Of a stretch of 64,000 nucleotides of DNA, positions 12,049 through 22,784 are shown one piece after another. A program made the position numbers and the translations under genes. The DNA comes from Dicyema japonicum (lineage: Eukaryota; Animalia; Dicyemida): positions 186,001 through 250,000 of the forward strand of contig RDEW01000041.1 of assembly GCA_011109175.1 (NCBI GenBank), read 5' to 3'. Every line of letters begins with the position of its first letter. The stretch's first letter is position 1. The notes below the pieces were generated by a model. The model saw only the letters and a program-made list of their open reading frames with translations, did no database searches and had not been told where the DNA came from.

Positions 12049-12779
12049 TGATAAGTTTAATATTTTAATAATATATTTAGTTAATTTATTTTTTCGTATT
12101 AATATTTGATTAAATATTAATTTATTAACTAATCGATGTGGAATTCAATCAATCATATCAAAGAATTTATTTTCCTTGTAATTTTACTTTCTTTTCTACG
12201 GATGTGACGGGTAATATTTTTAGCCCAAGAGAGAGACAATAATCAACCATATGACTAAGAGGATGGCGATCAAGCTGGCTTTTCGCAAAAAGGTAGAAAA
12301 AGAAAAGGAAACGCTGACCGACTCAGTAAGGAGCGTAGTAGTGGAACGGATCAAGGGCTTTCATATGAGGACCAGAGTGGATGGAATGTACGTTCAGGCT
12401 AGACTTTGAAGGTAGAGATGGTAAAACTGCAAAAGAATCAAGGCCTCAGACAGGATTTTTAATAAAACGTAATCCCCCACAACTTTGCTACTACTTCGTC
12501 TCTAATAAAAATGTTGTTATGTTATAGCTTTCCGGCTGAGGTCCGTCGCAGTATTAAACAAGGGTCAGGAGAAACTACCGAGGAAATTAGGGTGGCTTTA
12601 CAAGGGAGAACAGCGGCCTTACGTATGAAAGGCTGTGGTTTCCCTTTGTATGTCAAGCTTACTGAGGGTTGACTGGCTGATGAGGGACTCCACTGAGGAG
12701 TTCAGGTTCTTCGAGACAGGACCATGTTGTTTCAACTATCTCTTATATCATTAATTTCTTTGATAATAAAAATTAATTC

Positions 12780-13500
12780 GCATATTACGATTAGATTAGC
12801 TTGAAATAAAAGGCAACCTTTAAGTATTAAAATAAGCAATAATTCGATCGACTGATATGGAAAACCTCAGTGCGGTTTCCCTAACGATAACCAAAATTAT
12901 GAAATACACTTTAGACTAGTCAAATGAATCGATCTGTTGTGTTTATTTCGAAAAAGGTAAATATCTTGAAGTTTAGGAGTCATACAATACTTTGTATATA
13001 ACTACTTTGAATTAAGCCGAAGACTTTTCTATCCAAGACTTGATGCCTCTGAGTGAACAACTCATGTTTAAGACTTTGATGAGGGCGAGCGGTCGCGATA
13101 TTGTTCAATGTGTGGAAAAGGAGAATTCACTGGACCATGGCTTCCTAAAGGAAATGATGAATTTTGGGCTCTCCACGTGAATTAAGAACTTTGCATTTTA
13201 ATCATTCCAACTTGGAGAGATAATCTCAAATTTGGATATAAGACACTAGATTATGTTAAAATCGAACAGGGTATATTTCAAAGAGATAAACTATCCCCCA
13301 ATTATTTGCACTGATGCAACACTTACTGAGCAGACTGTTAACTGGAAAGTTGTTGTTGAACGAGATAAGTCACATGATGGACTTGACACAACAAATCTAG
13401 TGAAATATTAAGAGATAAAGTTAGAATATACAGGATAAATTTCAAGGTCGTGTGAAATTTTATCAATGACAAAATTTAATGATATTAGCTTAAGACTATT
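12780..13500 (+). mobile_element. Heavily decayed R4/Dong-like RT fragment
   Basis: Residual (R)GIFQ(G)DxLSP motif at about 13265-13300. Confidence 0.45.
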
Positions 13501-13559
13501 ATCCCCCTTATTTCTGTACTATATTGGGTTAACACGCCACCAATGCCTCGAGATCCGAT

Positions 13560-14250
13560 GTATTTACTTTGCGCTCTTATTATTTGTGTGAACATTAAAG
13601 CGTTAGAGTTCCCGTTCTTCTCACAAGAATCTCGAATAAATTTAGTCTAAATAGCCAAGTGGAGAACATTTGTAGTGTTTTCGTGACTGTAGCCTGAAAG
13701 TCATCGATCTCCTTTGTTGTGGATAGGTTTGTACTCCATGTAGCACATCCATAGCTGATTATCTGTTGTTGTAAGTCATGTGGGTTTCGTACACGTGGGT
13801 TCCTCATAAGTCAACAGGTGGTCGAATATATCTTGTAAGCGGGCAGCCAGAGTGTGAACACACTGGTCTCTTGCTGAGATGATTATATAATCAGCATATG
13901 GGAGAACCAGTGTATCATCGTTGGTACCAGTTGGCATAGAAAGAAATTGAACAAATATGTGACAGAGGAGATCCTTGTGGTTCCCCATTGCAGAAACTTA
14001 GGTCAGATTTCATGTAACGTGCAACTAGCTTCCTCTTCGTTTAAGGAAGTTTACAATCCATATCTTCATTTTGCTTGGAATATTTGGACGAAGGTCTAAC
14101 TTGTGAGTAATTTTCATGGGAGTTAAAAGCCTTCTGTATGTAAATAGAGCATAGTAGAGACTTTTGGGTTTCATTGAATTTTGTTAAGGATGAGAGGTGA
14201 TTTGTTGTGGGGAGACCTTTCTTAAACCTATGTTTGAAAGATACAGCGGG
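13560..14250 (-). mobile_element. Decayed Ingi/Vingi-like LINE RT
   Basis: PYADYIII and SYGCATWSTNLS; paralogous to 35216-36055. Confidence 0.65.
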
Positions 14251-14659
14251 AAAATTGGTTTAATCTGTATGGATGAGCTTGTCTAGTCACACATGAGAGA
14301 TATATAGACGAGGCCGACGAGTTCTTTGGTCTTGTGGGTTTCAAATCAGCCCTATGTTAGATAATTTCCATATAGTGTTCCTGTTGATTAAAGAGTTGTA
14401 ATTCTGAACCAAAGCCACAAGGATCTATATTTTCAGTACTTTCATCCCATCCGGTCCCCTGCGTATTCCGCCTTTTAAGTCGATATTTAATATATGGTGG
14501 TACATCCAGGTCTTGTTCTTTGAGGATGCATTTTAGTATGTAGTACTCTTCATTATCCCTTTAAGACATAAAAACATAAAGTTTTAGTGTGGCTACTTTT
14601 TTGGTTTTATAAAGTGCATGCTTACAATCGTAAGCACAACATAAATATTCACAAAATAA

Positions 14660-14900
14660 AGCAATCTACAGCGTGGCTATTTCCTCTCAGGATGGCGAGC
14701 GAGATTCTCTCAAATAGCCAGCAGCGCTCATGGAAATCTACCGTACGTGTAGAAATCCGATTCCCTTGACTACTAAGAATTCCAGCGTCGCAGGCACAAG
14801 AGACCAGACTTTTCAACCGTGAGCGGAACAAGCAAAAAATCCTCGGGTAGATCCGCGTACTTTTCCCGTTTTGACCTCTCGGCCTTCTCAGAGGCAGAGC
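14660..14900 (-). mobile_element. CRE-like RLE 3' fragment
   Basis: HERCWLFERISLAILRGNSHAV in ORF 14649..15137. Confidence 0.75.
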
Positions 14901-15900
14901 AGGCTCTAGAAGTAATCTGATGTATTCAGGATGTTCAGATCTCACGAAAACAAAAACATCGTCTGCATAGAAAATAACATCATTATCAGATCCCAGAGTC
15001 GGGAGATTGACAAGTAAAAGGTTAAACAGAGCAGGGGATAACGGGGATCCTTGAGGGACTCTGTTGAAGAGGAGACGTGAGATGAATTTCAGGACTCTGT
15101 AGCCTACACGTCCACTTCTTCCACTTTGGTGATCCAAAGCTTGAGCTTTCCTAGAATCTCCGATTGAAAGAATTTTCCAGATAGAATATTCCTTGAAACT
15201 GAGTAGAACGCCTTGTGGATATCAATTGAGCAGAGTACTGTTTACAAATGTCTCCGCTTATTTGAAAATTCATCTCGAATGAAGTTGGTCAATGTTTGTA
15301 ATGGGGTGGACGCAGATCTTTCGTTTTTTGAATTTGTGCTGAAAAGGCTATCTGAACTCATTTATTCTCCAATGTAGCTAGGAAGTCTCCTCATGTTGGC
15401 ATCTCCCTTGATCTTTTCCACAATCGGATTATGATCACTTCTTGTTTCATAGAAGACTGACCAGGTAATTTTCTATGAAAGTGATGAGGAGCAGTGTTAG
15501 GCTGATCCGTCTCTTTGTGAGGTGTCCTTGTCCGCAGATGATGAATTCATCGAAGGTAACACGTCTTGATAGGTTTGGCAGGAACCAGGGGACGGAACTT
15601 ATATGTTCACAAGGCATAGTTTTCCTTTCGCTGTCCCGAGTGAGATTCAATCGTTTCGGCAATCTCATCATCCCCAACAAGTTTCATCATCTCTTTTTGA
15701 ATAAAGTAAGCCGACCTCCACCTCTCCTCTCTTTACGGTCCATCTTAATAACCTTGTATCCAGGGTATGAAGGAGTAGGGTAATGAGTTTTGGTCTCGTG
15801 AATCGTAGCCACGTTGATCTTCTGACTTACCAGGAGTGAGTAGGGTTCCCTAATCTTCCCTTTAATTAAGTTGAAATTCAATTGCAGTAAAGTGAATTTT
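14900..15900 (-). mobile_element. Internally deleted APE-RT LINE
   Basis: APE motifs QLNFN, IHETK and RGGG; RT motifs VPQGSPLSPALFNL and FYADDV. Confidence 0.75.
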
Positions 15901-16029
15901 TTTATGGGCTGAGAACGTCCTCAGGGAATATGCGATTTTCCGCGCTTAAATGTCTTTTTCGTGTGGGCATTTGCTGTCCCTTGGGTTTCTCCAAATCCTG
16001 TCGACCATATAGCGCCACGCTAATTTTAT

Positions 16030-16410
16030 TATTATTAATAAGCCAAAAATCACCAGGTATACTAATTAAAAAACGGCATTCAGGTGATCTCGACTTCTCT
16101 CAGCAATATTCTCATCTTTTCCCCGTGTTGCTATCGGGAACCGCATTTTCAATAGCACCGTTCTCCTGGCGGTTTTCCATTTTGAGTGAATATGCTGCCC
16201 GACAACGTGGACAGTGACCGATTTGAAAATCCTTTAAATTTTGAGACCGATTGACAAGATTTTGTTACGACTTTTCCTCTTCTACCAGTGATAAAGTTCC
16301 CGAGCCATCTTTTGGAAATGCTGAGGATTTCCGAGCAGTAGATCTTCCTCGTTAAGATTTTTCTGGCAACCGAGTCAAAAGCCCTATGGATGTAAACCGA
16401 GTACAACAAA
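16030..16410 (-). mobile_element. LINE remnant with 3' stem-loop tail
   Basis: AFDSVARKIL and WLGNFITGRRG; 3' end ATCACC..GGTGATTTTTGG followed by a TAA tail. Confidence 0.65.
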
Positions 16411-16424
16411 ATTTATGTCCACCT

Positions 16425-16600
16425 TAGTTAGTTAGTTAAAAGCTCCTTCGCGTATCCCTAAAAGGGGTTCGTTTGAGCCATGCTTTACAGTCATCCTCCT
16501 GCTTATGTCCACATGTTGAGCAAAATCTTTCCAATTAACGTTTCTGTAGCCCAAGAAAGTGTTTCGTCTTCTTTCAGAGATGAGCGTGCCCTTCATCCGA
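16425..16600 (-). mobile_element. RTE-type 3' end with (TAAC)n tail
   Basis: Similar to 36430-36505; ends in TAACTAACTAACTAA on the minus strand. Confidence 0.6.
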
Positions 16601-18520
16601 ATGAAAATTGGATTGTGGCAGCTCCAAAGTCATAAATCGCATAATAGTTGGCAAAACAAGCAATGTTAGGGATGGTAAGGGTCAAATCCAGTGAAGTCGT
16701 GTTGTCATAAGCTCTATAAGGTGTTCTTGTGTTCATCCCGTAGTCGTTAAAGATTATGAAATTATCCAGTAGAGAGAAAGATTTCCTCTGACATCAGCAG
16801 TTTGGATTTTGTACCAGTTCGCGCTTTTCGCGTTGAGGTCACATGTTGGTATGATGTAACACATACATGGGAGAAGGTAAACTCCTTTGGGCAGGAGGTG
16901 GCAGGGGGAAAGTATATGTTCACAATTGTTATATTTCCCATGTTTGTTCGAATGGAGATCCCAATGTATTCCACGGGAGATGGAGGATCATAATGCGAAA
17001 GCGTTATTTTGTGCGGAAGGATTTAACTCCCCCAAACCCCATCAGAGGACATCACAAAAGCGTTCGACTCAGTCCCTAGGAATCTTCTAAACAAAGAAAA
17101 TATATGAAACCAACATCCCATCCGAACCTGAAACTTTGGCTTGGAAACTTCCTAAATGGAAGACGAGCACAAGTGGTCTGCAACAACATCAAATCAAGAT
17201 CTCGCTATTTTCCAAATGGAGTCCCTCAAGGCTCACCACTATCACCCCTACTCTTCAATCTCTACATAAACGACATGCCACAAACCTTGTAATGAAAACT
17301 GTCTAATCCTCTCTCTATGCCGACGATATCATTCTTGCCTTCCAAGGACAGAAACATTCAATCAGCGACTCAGTTGGCTCAACAAATGCTCGACAACTTG
17401 GAACTATGGCTCTCGAAGCGGAGACTTGACACATCAGCAGCAAAGTCCTTTGTCACACTGTTTACCACCTACAAGAGACAGCTCTGTATCGAACCAAAAG
17501 TCTTTATGAAGAACGAAGCTATCTCTATTAACAAAACACCGAAGATTCTGGGAGTAACCTTTGATCAGGGATTCACCTTTATCCGGCATGTTGAAAACAG
17601 AGTAACTTCTGCTCTGAAAAAATTAAGAATTTTAAAAGTGCTCTCAAAATATTTAGAGATCAAACTGGATCCTTGCCACGATATACAAACAATTCATCCG
17701 ACCAACGATGACGTATGCAAGTCCTTCATGGGCAATGAAAATGTCACGATCTTCCACATTGAAGTTATCTGCAATCGAGGAGACTGCAATGAGGTTAATT
17801 GGACCAGATCATAACATCCAAACCTATTGAAAATTTTTTAATTGAAATACAACGAAAACTATTAAAGGAGGCTGTTCTACCGAGCTGCCCTCTATTCCAA
17901 ATACTAATCGAATTATCTACAATCATACAGAAATTGTGAGCCGATGCCATGTCCTATTGAGAAGAGCTGTTCAGGATTCTCGACCCCGCCGGACTCGTTT
18001 TCACCTTTGTCGGTCTGGGATCACTTAGTTAGATGAGAACTTTTATTTCTTTCTCTTTGACCCCAGTGATCCTGGGGGTAATAATATACTAATAATAATC
18101 TCACTTTTGACAATAGTAATGACTCCTCCTACACGGCCAAACTGGCGATCCTTTCTGATAACAGTGTATTTCGAAAGTGTTGGAGTGGGTGAAGAATGTG
18201 TCAGTTTCGTCTCCTGTAGGAGGCACACGTCGACGTCGTACTTTTTTTAGGAAAGTTCTGAGATCGATTATCTTTCCTCTCAATCCATTTATGTTGAGTT
18301 GAATGATGGAAAGATATTTTACTGCTCCCAGATTAAGTTTGATGTCTCCAGAGATGATTAAGAGCATTCTTAACGGGTCAGATGAGTAATAAAGAGATAG
18401 CCGTCCTAGAGAGACATTCTTCTTGGATTCGGTGAGCAAATGATCCTTTTAATGTGTAACTAATTCCACAGTTGTCTCCGCCAGGAACGGCGAACCGCAT
18501 GACGCGCGCTAAGCTTATGT
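16600..18520 (-). mobile_element. 5' part of an Ingi/Vingi-like LINE (2A-like peptide plus APE), interrupted by the 17000-18100 insertion
   Basis: LLIISGDIKLNLGA, IIQLNINGLR, CLLQETKL, RKDR...GGV, IVNIYFPP and SLDLT motifs. Confidence 0.8.
17000..18100 (+). mobile_element. 5'-truncated Ingi/Vingi-like LINE (RT to 3' tail)
   Basis: EGFNSPKPHQRT, DITKAFDSVP, GVPQGSPLSPLLFNLYIND and YADD. The last about 450 bp are near-identical to 56000-56445. Confidence 0.9.
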
Positions 18521-18678
18521 TGCTAATTTTTTTAACTTCATAATAGATATATAGTTTTGTATTTATCATTTTCATTGTGAAACTATTAAAAACAGTTATT
18601 TATAAATGTTAAAAGTAAATTAAAAAATTATTAAAACAAATTTGAAAAAAGCCGCGTATTAATTAAATTGTTCTGGTG

Positions 18679-19570
18679 ATGTCAAATGGTGACGGTGAAT
18701 ACTTTAGATACCTATACGAAGATACATTGTATTTGTGATTAGTAACATATAGAAATCACATCAGTCTTTTAGTCCCTGGTGCCGACGAGCTCTCAGAAAC
18801 AGCCGATGCCAGGCTATTTGAAGCATTCGAGAAGAAATTCTGCATGGTATCGTAAACATTATATTATTACAGAACCAAGAGAATAGTCCGACTAAAGAAG
18901 AGACTGTAGCCTCGACTGAAGTCCAGATTTCAATCACAAGTGAGATTAATTTGAACGAAAATAATGATGTTTCTCTATTGACTAATTTCTAGACTATTGT
19001 GGAGAAGGATCCGAGCGATCTCATCTCCCTCACATTTCTCGCAGGTTCTCCTAAAAAAGTAGTTTCAACATAATAATGAGATCTTCCCAACTGAAAATCA
19101 AAGCACAAACCTCAAATCCTCTGTTGTTTCCAGTGACTGTAGTAGCCTTCAAAAACTGAAAAATGACTTTGACGAATTAACCGAGTCTTTCTCTGTTGTG
19201 AAAAATTCTTAAATCATAGAAAGTGCTTGAATCCTCTATCGAAATGTTTACTTTTGCTGAGAACATGCAAGCGAGATTGTCTAACAAATGTAGTGAATCA
19301 CAGAAATTATATAACTCTAAATATGATGTATTTATGTTGCTTATGATAGTGGTTGGAGGAGACATATAAGAATAGAGAGGTACATTATTTAAAGTTGGTT
19401 AATGAGAAGGATCGAATTATTAATAATTTAAAGAAATGATTCTCTTTTCCTTATTCATTTTGGTTGCTTCACTGAGTTTAGTATTAAAGATTGTCGAGAA
19501 AAGATTAGATTTGGTGACTTTCCTAATAGTGTTCCTTATGTTAGTGAGTTCTTATTCCGTGGTCATGTAG
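18679..19570 (+). CDS. Unidentified spliced gene (possible coiled coil plus C-terminal hydrophobic segments); model uncertain
   Basis: An AT-rich leader, then ATG, candidate 24- and 26-nt GT-AG introns and segments such as FLVPGADELSETADARLFEAFEKKF, WLEETYKNREVHYLKLVNEKDRII and MILFSLFILVASL. Several frame breaks. Confidence 0.4.
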
Positions 19571-20029
19571 AACTAGTGATGAATATCATATTGCTATGTA
19601 CAATTAAACAGTTGAGTTATATTTGGCATCAGTGCTACACATGAAACATACTCACTAGGGTATAGAAGGGGATAAGGTCTACCAAAGAAGACCAAAAATT
19701 CTTAGAGATTCAATTACAGAGAATTGATTTTCATTAAGTGTGTTTTTGTGATGTTCTTTCCGCAATCGCGAAACAGTAGCAGGTGGTGGTTGGTTCTATG
19801 TATTACGTTAATCGCACATATCCTAAGGATAATAATTGAGTCATGTGTGTCAAAAATTTCGACAAAAGGAAAAATTGGGAAAGCAACAACACAACCAAGA
19901 AAGTAAAAACCGACTAATGAAGGTAAACCGACAGTGAAGTCTAAATCAAAGAAAGGGATTGAAATACCCACCAATGAATGATATGTTGTGTCAGGCCAAG
20001 CTGTTTTGTCTAACTTGACTTATGATTCT

Positions 20030-22300
20030 CTTGTACTGAATCTGGCAATTAAAAACATGGCTTTGGGACGGATTAATCGTTTTAAAATACTATCAGACTC
20101 AACGACTGCAGTGAGGCACGAATTACATTAAGAAAATCAGGCATATTTACCCTTGAATTTTCCTCACAAGAGGATAATGGACGCTTGTGTCGATGATTTT
20201 GGTTTGAAAGCGCCATTTGGTATTGATGAACATGTTTTTACCACTTCCTCCCTACATCCTTCCACTGTTGTTGTGAAGGGAATCCCTTCTTGGGTCTCAG
20301 ATGATGACTTGAATCTTTATTCTACAGAAACTTTACGACCTGGTTTCTCTATCCAACGTTTCATAAAGGACGGGCCCAGTATTACTGTTGGAAAATTAAC
20401 TGAAGTCTAGCGCGGAAGCCACGTCACTTATGAGACTGGGATGGTGTTTGGGTTCCAGAGAGTTCGTTTTGAATGGTAGAGGAAACCGGTTAAAATGCTA
20501 CCAATGCCAAAAATTTGGGCACATTGCGAATTTCTCAAGAAAAAAGAAAGGTGCTTAATTTGTGATGGACTCTTGTTTGGCTAAGGAAAGTGAAAGGAAA
20601 TGCATTAACTGCGGGACAGTTGGTAATTTGGCTTGTTATGGTGGTTGTTCTTAGACAAAGCTGCCTTCGAAGAAGAACAAGTTTATAATAAAGTAACCGG
20701 ACGTTAATCCAGAAAAGAAATTCCATTGTTGCAATGTCATGATGGTCTCTGTATCTTCATAAGAAATCCCTAACCTGTTTGTGGATGAACTTTAGAAAAC
20801 ACAGCAGGTTAACCCTGATGAGCGACTGACTCGCTTGCCCCTCAGTTCCCTAAAAGAAAAGCTGGAAAAAATAATTAGTTCTTTACCTCTACGTCACAGA
20901 CCAATAAATGCCTGAGAAGTTGAAAATGCGGTAAAATGCACTAAAGACAATGCTCCTGGAAAGGACAAGATCACCATTCATTTATTCAAGGAAGCTCCCC
21001 AGGTACTCTGAATATCTGGGATGTCTCTATGCGTGCAGTATCAGGTTGGGTCATATACCTTCGCATTGGAAATAGACGGAGGTCAGGATGATACGTAAAT
21101 CTGAGAAAGTTGTAGGCCCATAAGCCTTAAGAGTTATGGAAAGAATCGTATTTAGCAGACTTTTTGAAAATATAGAACGTAATAATATATTTAAAAGAGC
21201 ATCAGTGAAGTTTCCAAAAAATCGCTCTTGTGGAGATTGTTTGTACAGTGTTAACGCTTTATTTGTGAAGGATTTGGAATCTAAAGGATGTTTGACCGCA
21301 GTCTACTTTGATATAACCAAAGCTTTCGACGTTGTGTGACATCTTGGTCTTCTTATTTGTCTTGCGAAATGTGGTGTTGAAAAGGAACTTTATTTTTGGA
21401 TACGAAGTTTGCTCTCGGATAGACGGTCAATTTTTTAAACTGAGTCTCGTGAAATTTGGTTGAGAAGAGGTGTACCTCAGGGTTTAGTGCTCAGTATTCT
21501 ATTATTCAACATTGTAATAAGTGAATTGCCTTCCCAAGAAAACCCACGTACAGAAATCTTGATATACGCTGATGACGTCATAATTTATGATGTTTCTTTA
21601 AACCCTTAGGTATCTGAGAAACGATTGAAGACGTACATGGACCAGATCGAAGAGTAGTGTAATGAAAACTTCCTTTCAATAGCACGTGAGAAGTCTGGTC
21701 TGGTGAGGATAACTGGAAGCAGGAGGCTGACTAACCTAAAGAGCTCGTTACAAGACATACCTCGGAAGAAGACTATGAAATATCTTGGCCTTCTAATTGA
21801 CGAGGGAGGTAATTTTGTAAAATATGTTAAAATACGAAAGAAAAAAGCTACGAACGCTCTGTTCTGCGTTAGAAAATTAAAGCTCGAGTCGGAGACCTTT
21901 GTTTATGTCTTTAACACTGCAATACTTCCTGCGGTGTTGTACGGTATAGAAGGATGGTACGATTCGAAAAAGAGAGACTCTATTTTCAAGAAATTTGAGA
22001 AAACGCGAAATTTAGCTCTAAGCTTGCTTATGGGATAAATCCATGTATGCCAATTCCCTTGTGGTTAAGGAAAAATGTGCAAGGTTGGCGGAACTATCGA
22101 AAATTTTATTCGAGGTTTCAAAAATCGCCACTAAAGTATATGGCACTTATCTTTAAAGATGACTCTGTGTTTACGGATTTTCGGGGAGACTGTCGGCATA
22201 AAAGTAGGTTGGCATGCCCTACCGTTTCATATTACTTCCCCATAACTTAATTACAGTTTTTTCTTTATAATAACTTACTTACCTAAGGTTATGGGGGAGC
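20030..22300 (+). mobile_element. Decayed I/Jockey-group LINE (ORF1 with CCHC knuckle, RT; APE largely deleted)
   Basis: VVVKGIPSWVSDDDL, CYQCQKFGH, APGKDKI, FDITKAFDVV, GVPQG, YADDV and KYLG. Confidence 0.85.
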
Positions 22301-22325
22301 CAAATACCCAATATTTTAACTGTCC

Positions 22326-22715
22326 CTATAAACAAGACCAGTTCTGAGGCATAGTAGGCCAGAATCTTCTGCATTTATATTCATCAAATTTGTGTCCAAT
22401 CATCTGTAGATTGAGGAGATCTTCCAATCGTCAGGTGGCTCTGTATACATTTATATCTGACGTAATTAATACATCATAGAACAGTGTTATTGATCCTTTG
22501 TAGGTTGTGTAATACAAATTAACTATGTCCTTTGTCATAACCTTTGTTATAACTCCCGTAAGTCGAAATATGATCTTGATTGGGTATAATTTTCTAATAA
22601 TTTTCTCAGCTAAGTTTGTCCCCCCAAGTGGCACAGTCGTAACTGGTGGTTGGCACAAAATTCCGTTTTCCCTTCAAAAACAAATATTATTTCAAAAAAT
22701 TAACAAATAAATTTA
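22326..22715 (-). pseudogene. Probable pseudogene paralogous to the secreted orphan at 45172-45632
   Basis: ORF 22431..22658, read through one TGA, aligns by eye with the 45-kb protein (VPLxxT, KIIFRLTG/KLVYKMPG, LED/LEE-x7-G-x7-C-x2-F, terminal CL). No intact start codon. Confidence 0.5.
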
Positions 22716-22784
22716 TAATTATTTAAATAAGAATAAATAATAAAAATTTAAATATTTTGTCAAGGCAATAACTTACAAAAGTCA

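Noticed and set aside
19480-19840. ATG11/FIP200 claw-like C-terminus for the 18.7-kb gene
   Set aside because: Similarity is limited to a few residues in inconsistent frames.
20815-20840. CTGATGA-GCGA..TCGC hammerhead-like start
   Set aside because: No GAAA follows stem II, and it lies within LINE coding remnant.
22335-22390. Ig-like motif NINAEDSGLLC on the minus strand
   Set aside because: It lies in a different frame from the better-supported orphan-paralogue alignment and lacks the other Ig core residues.
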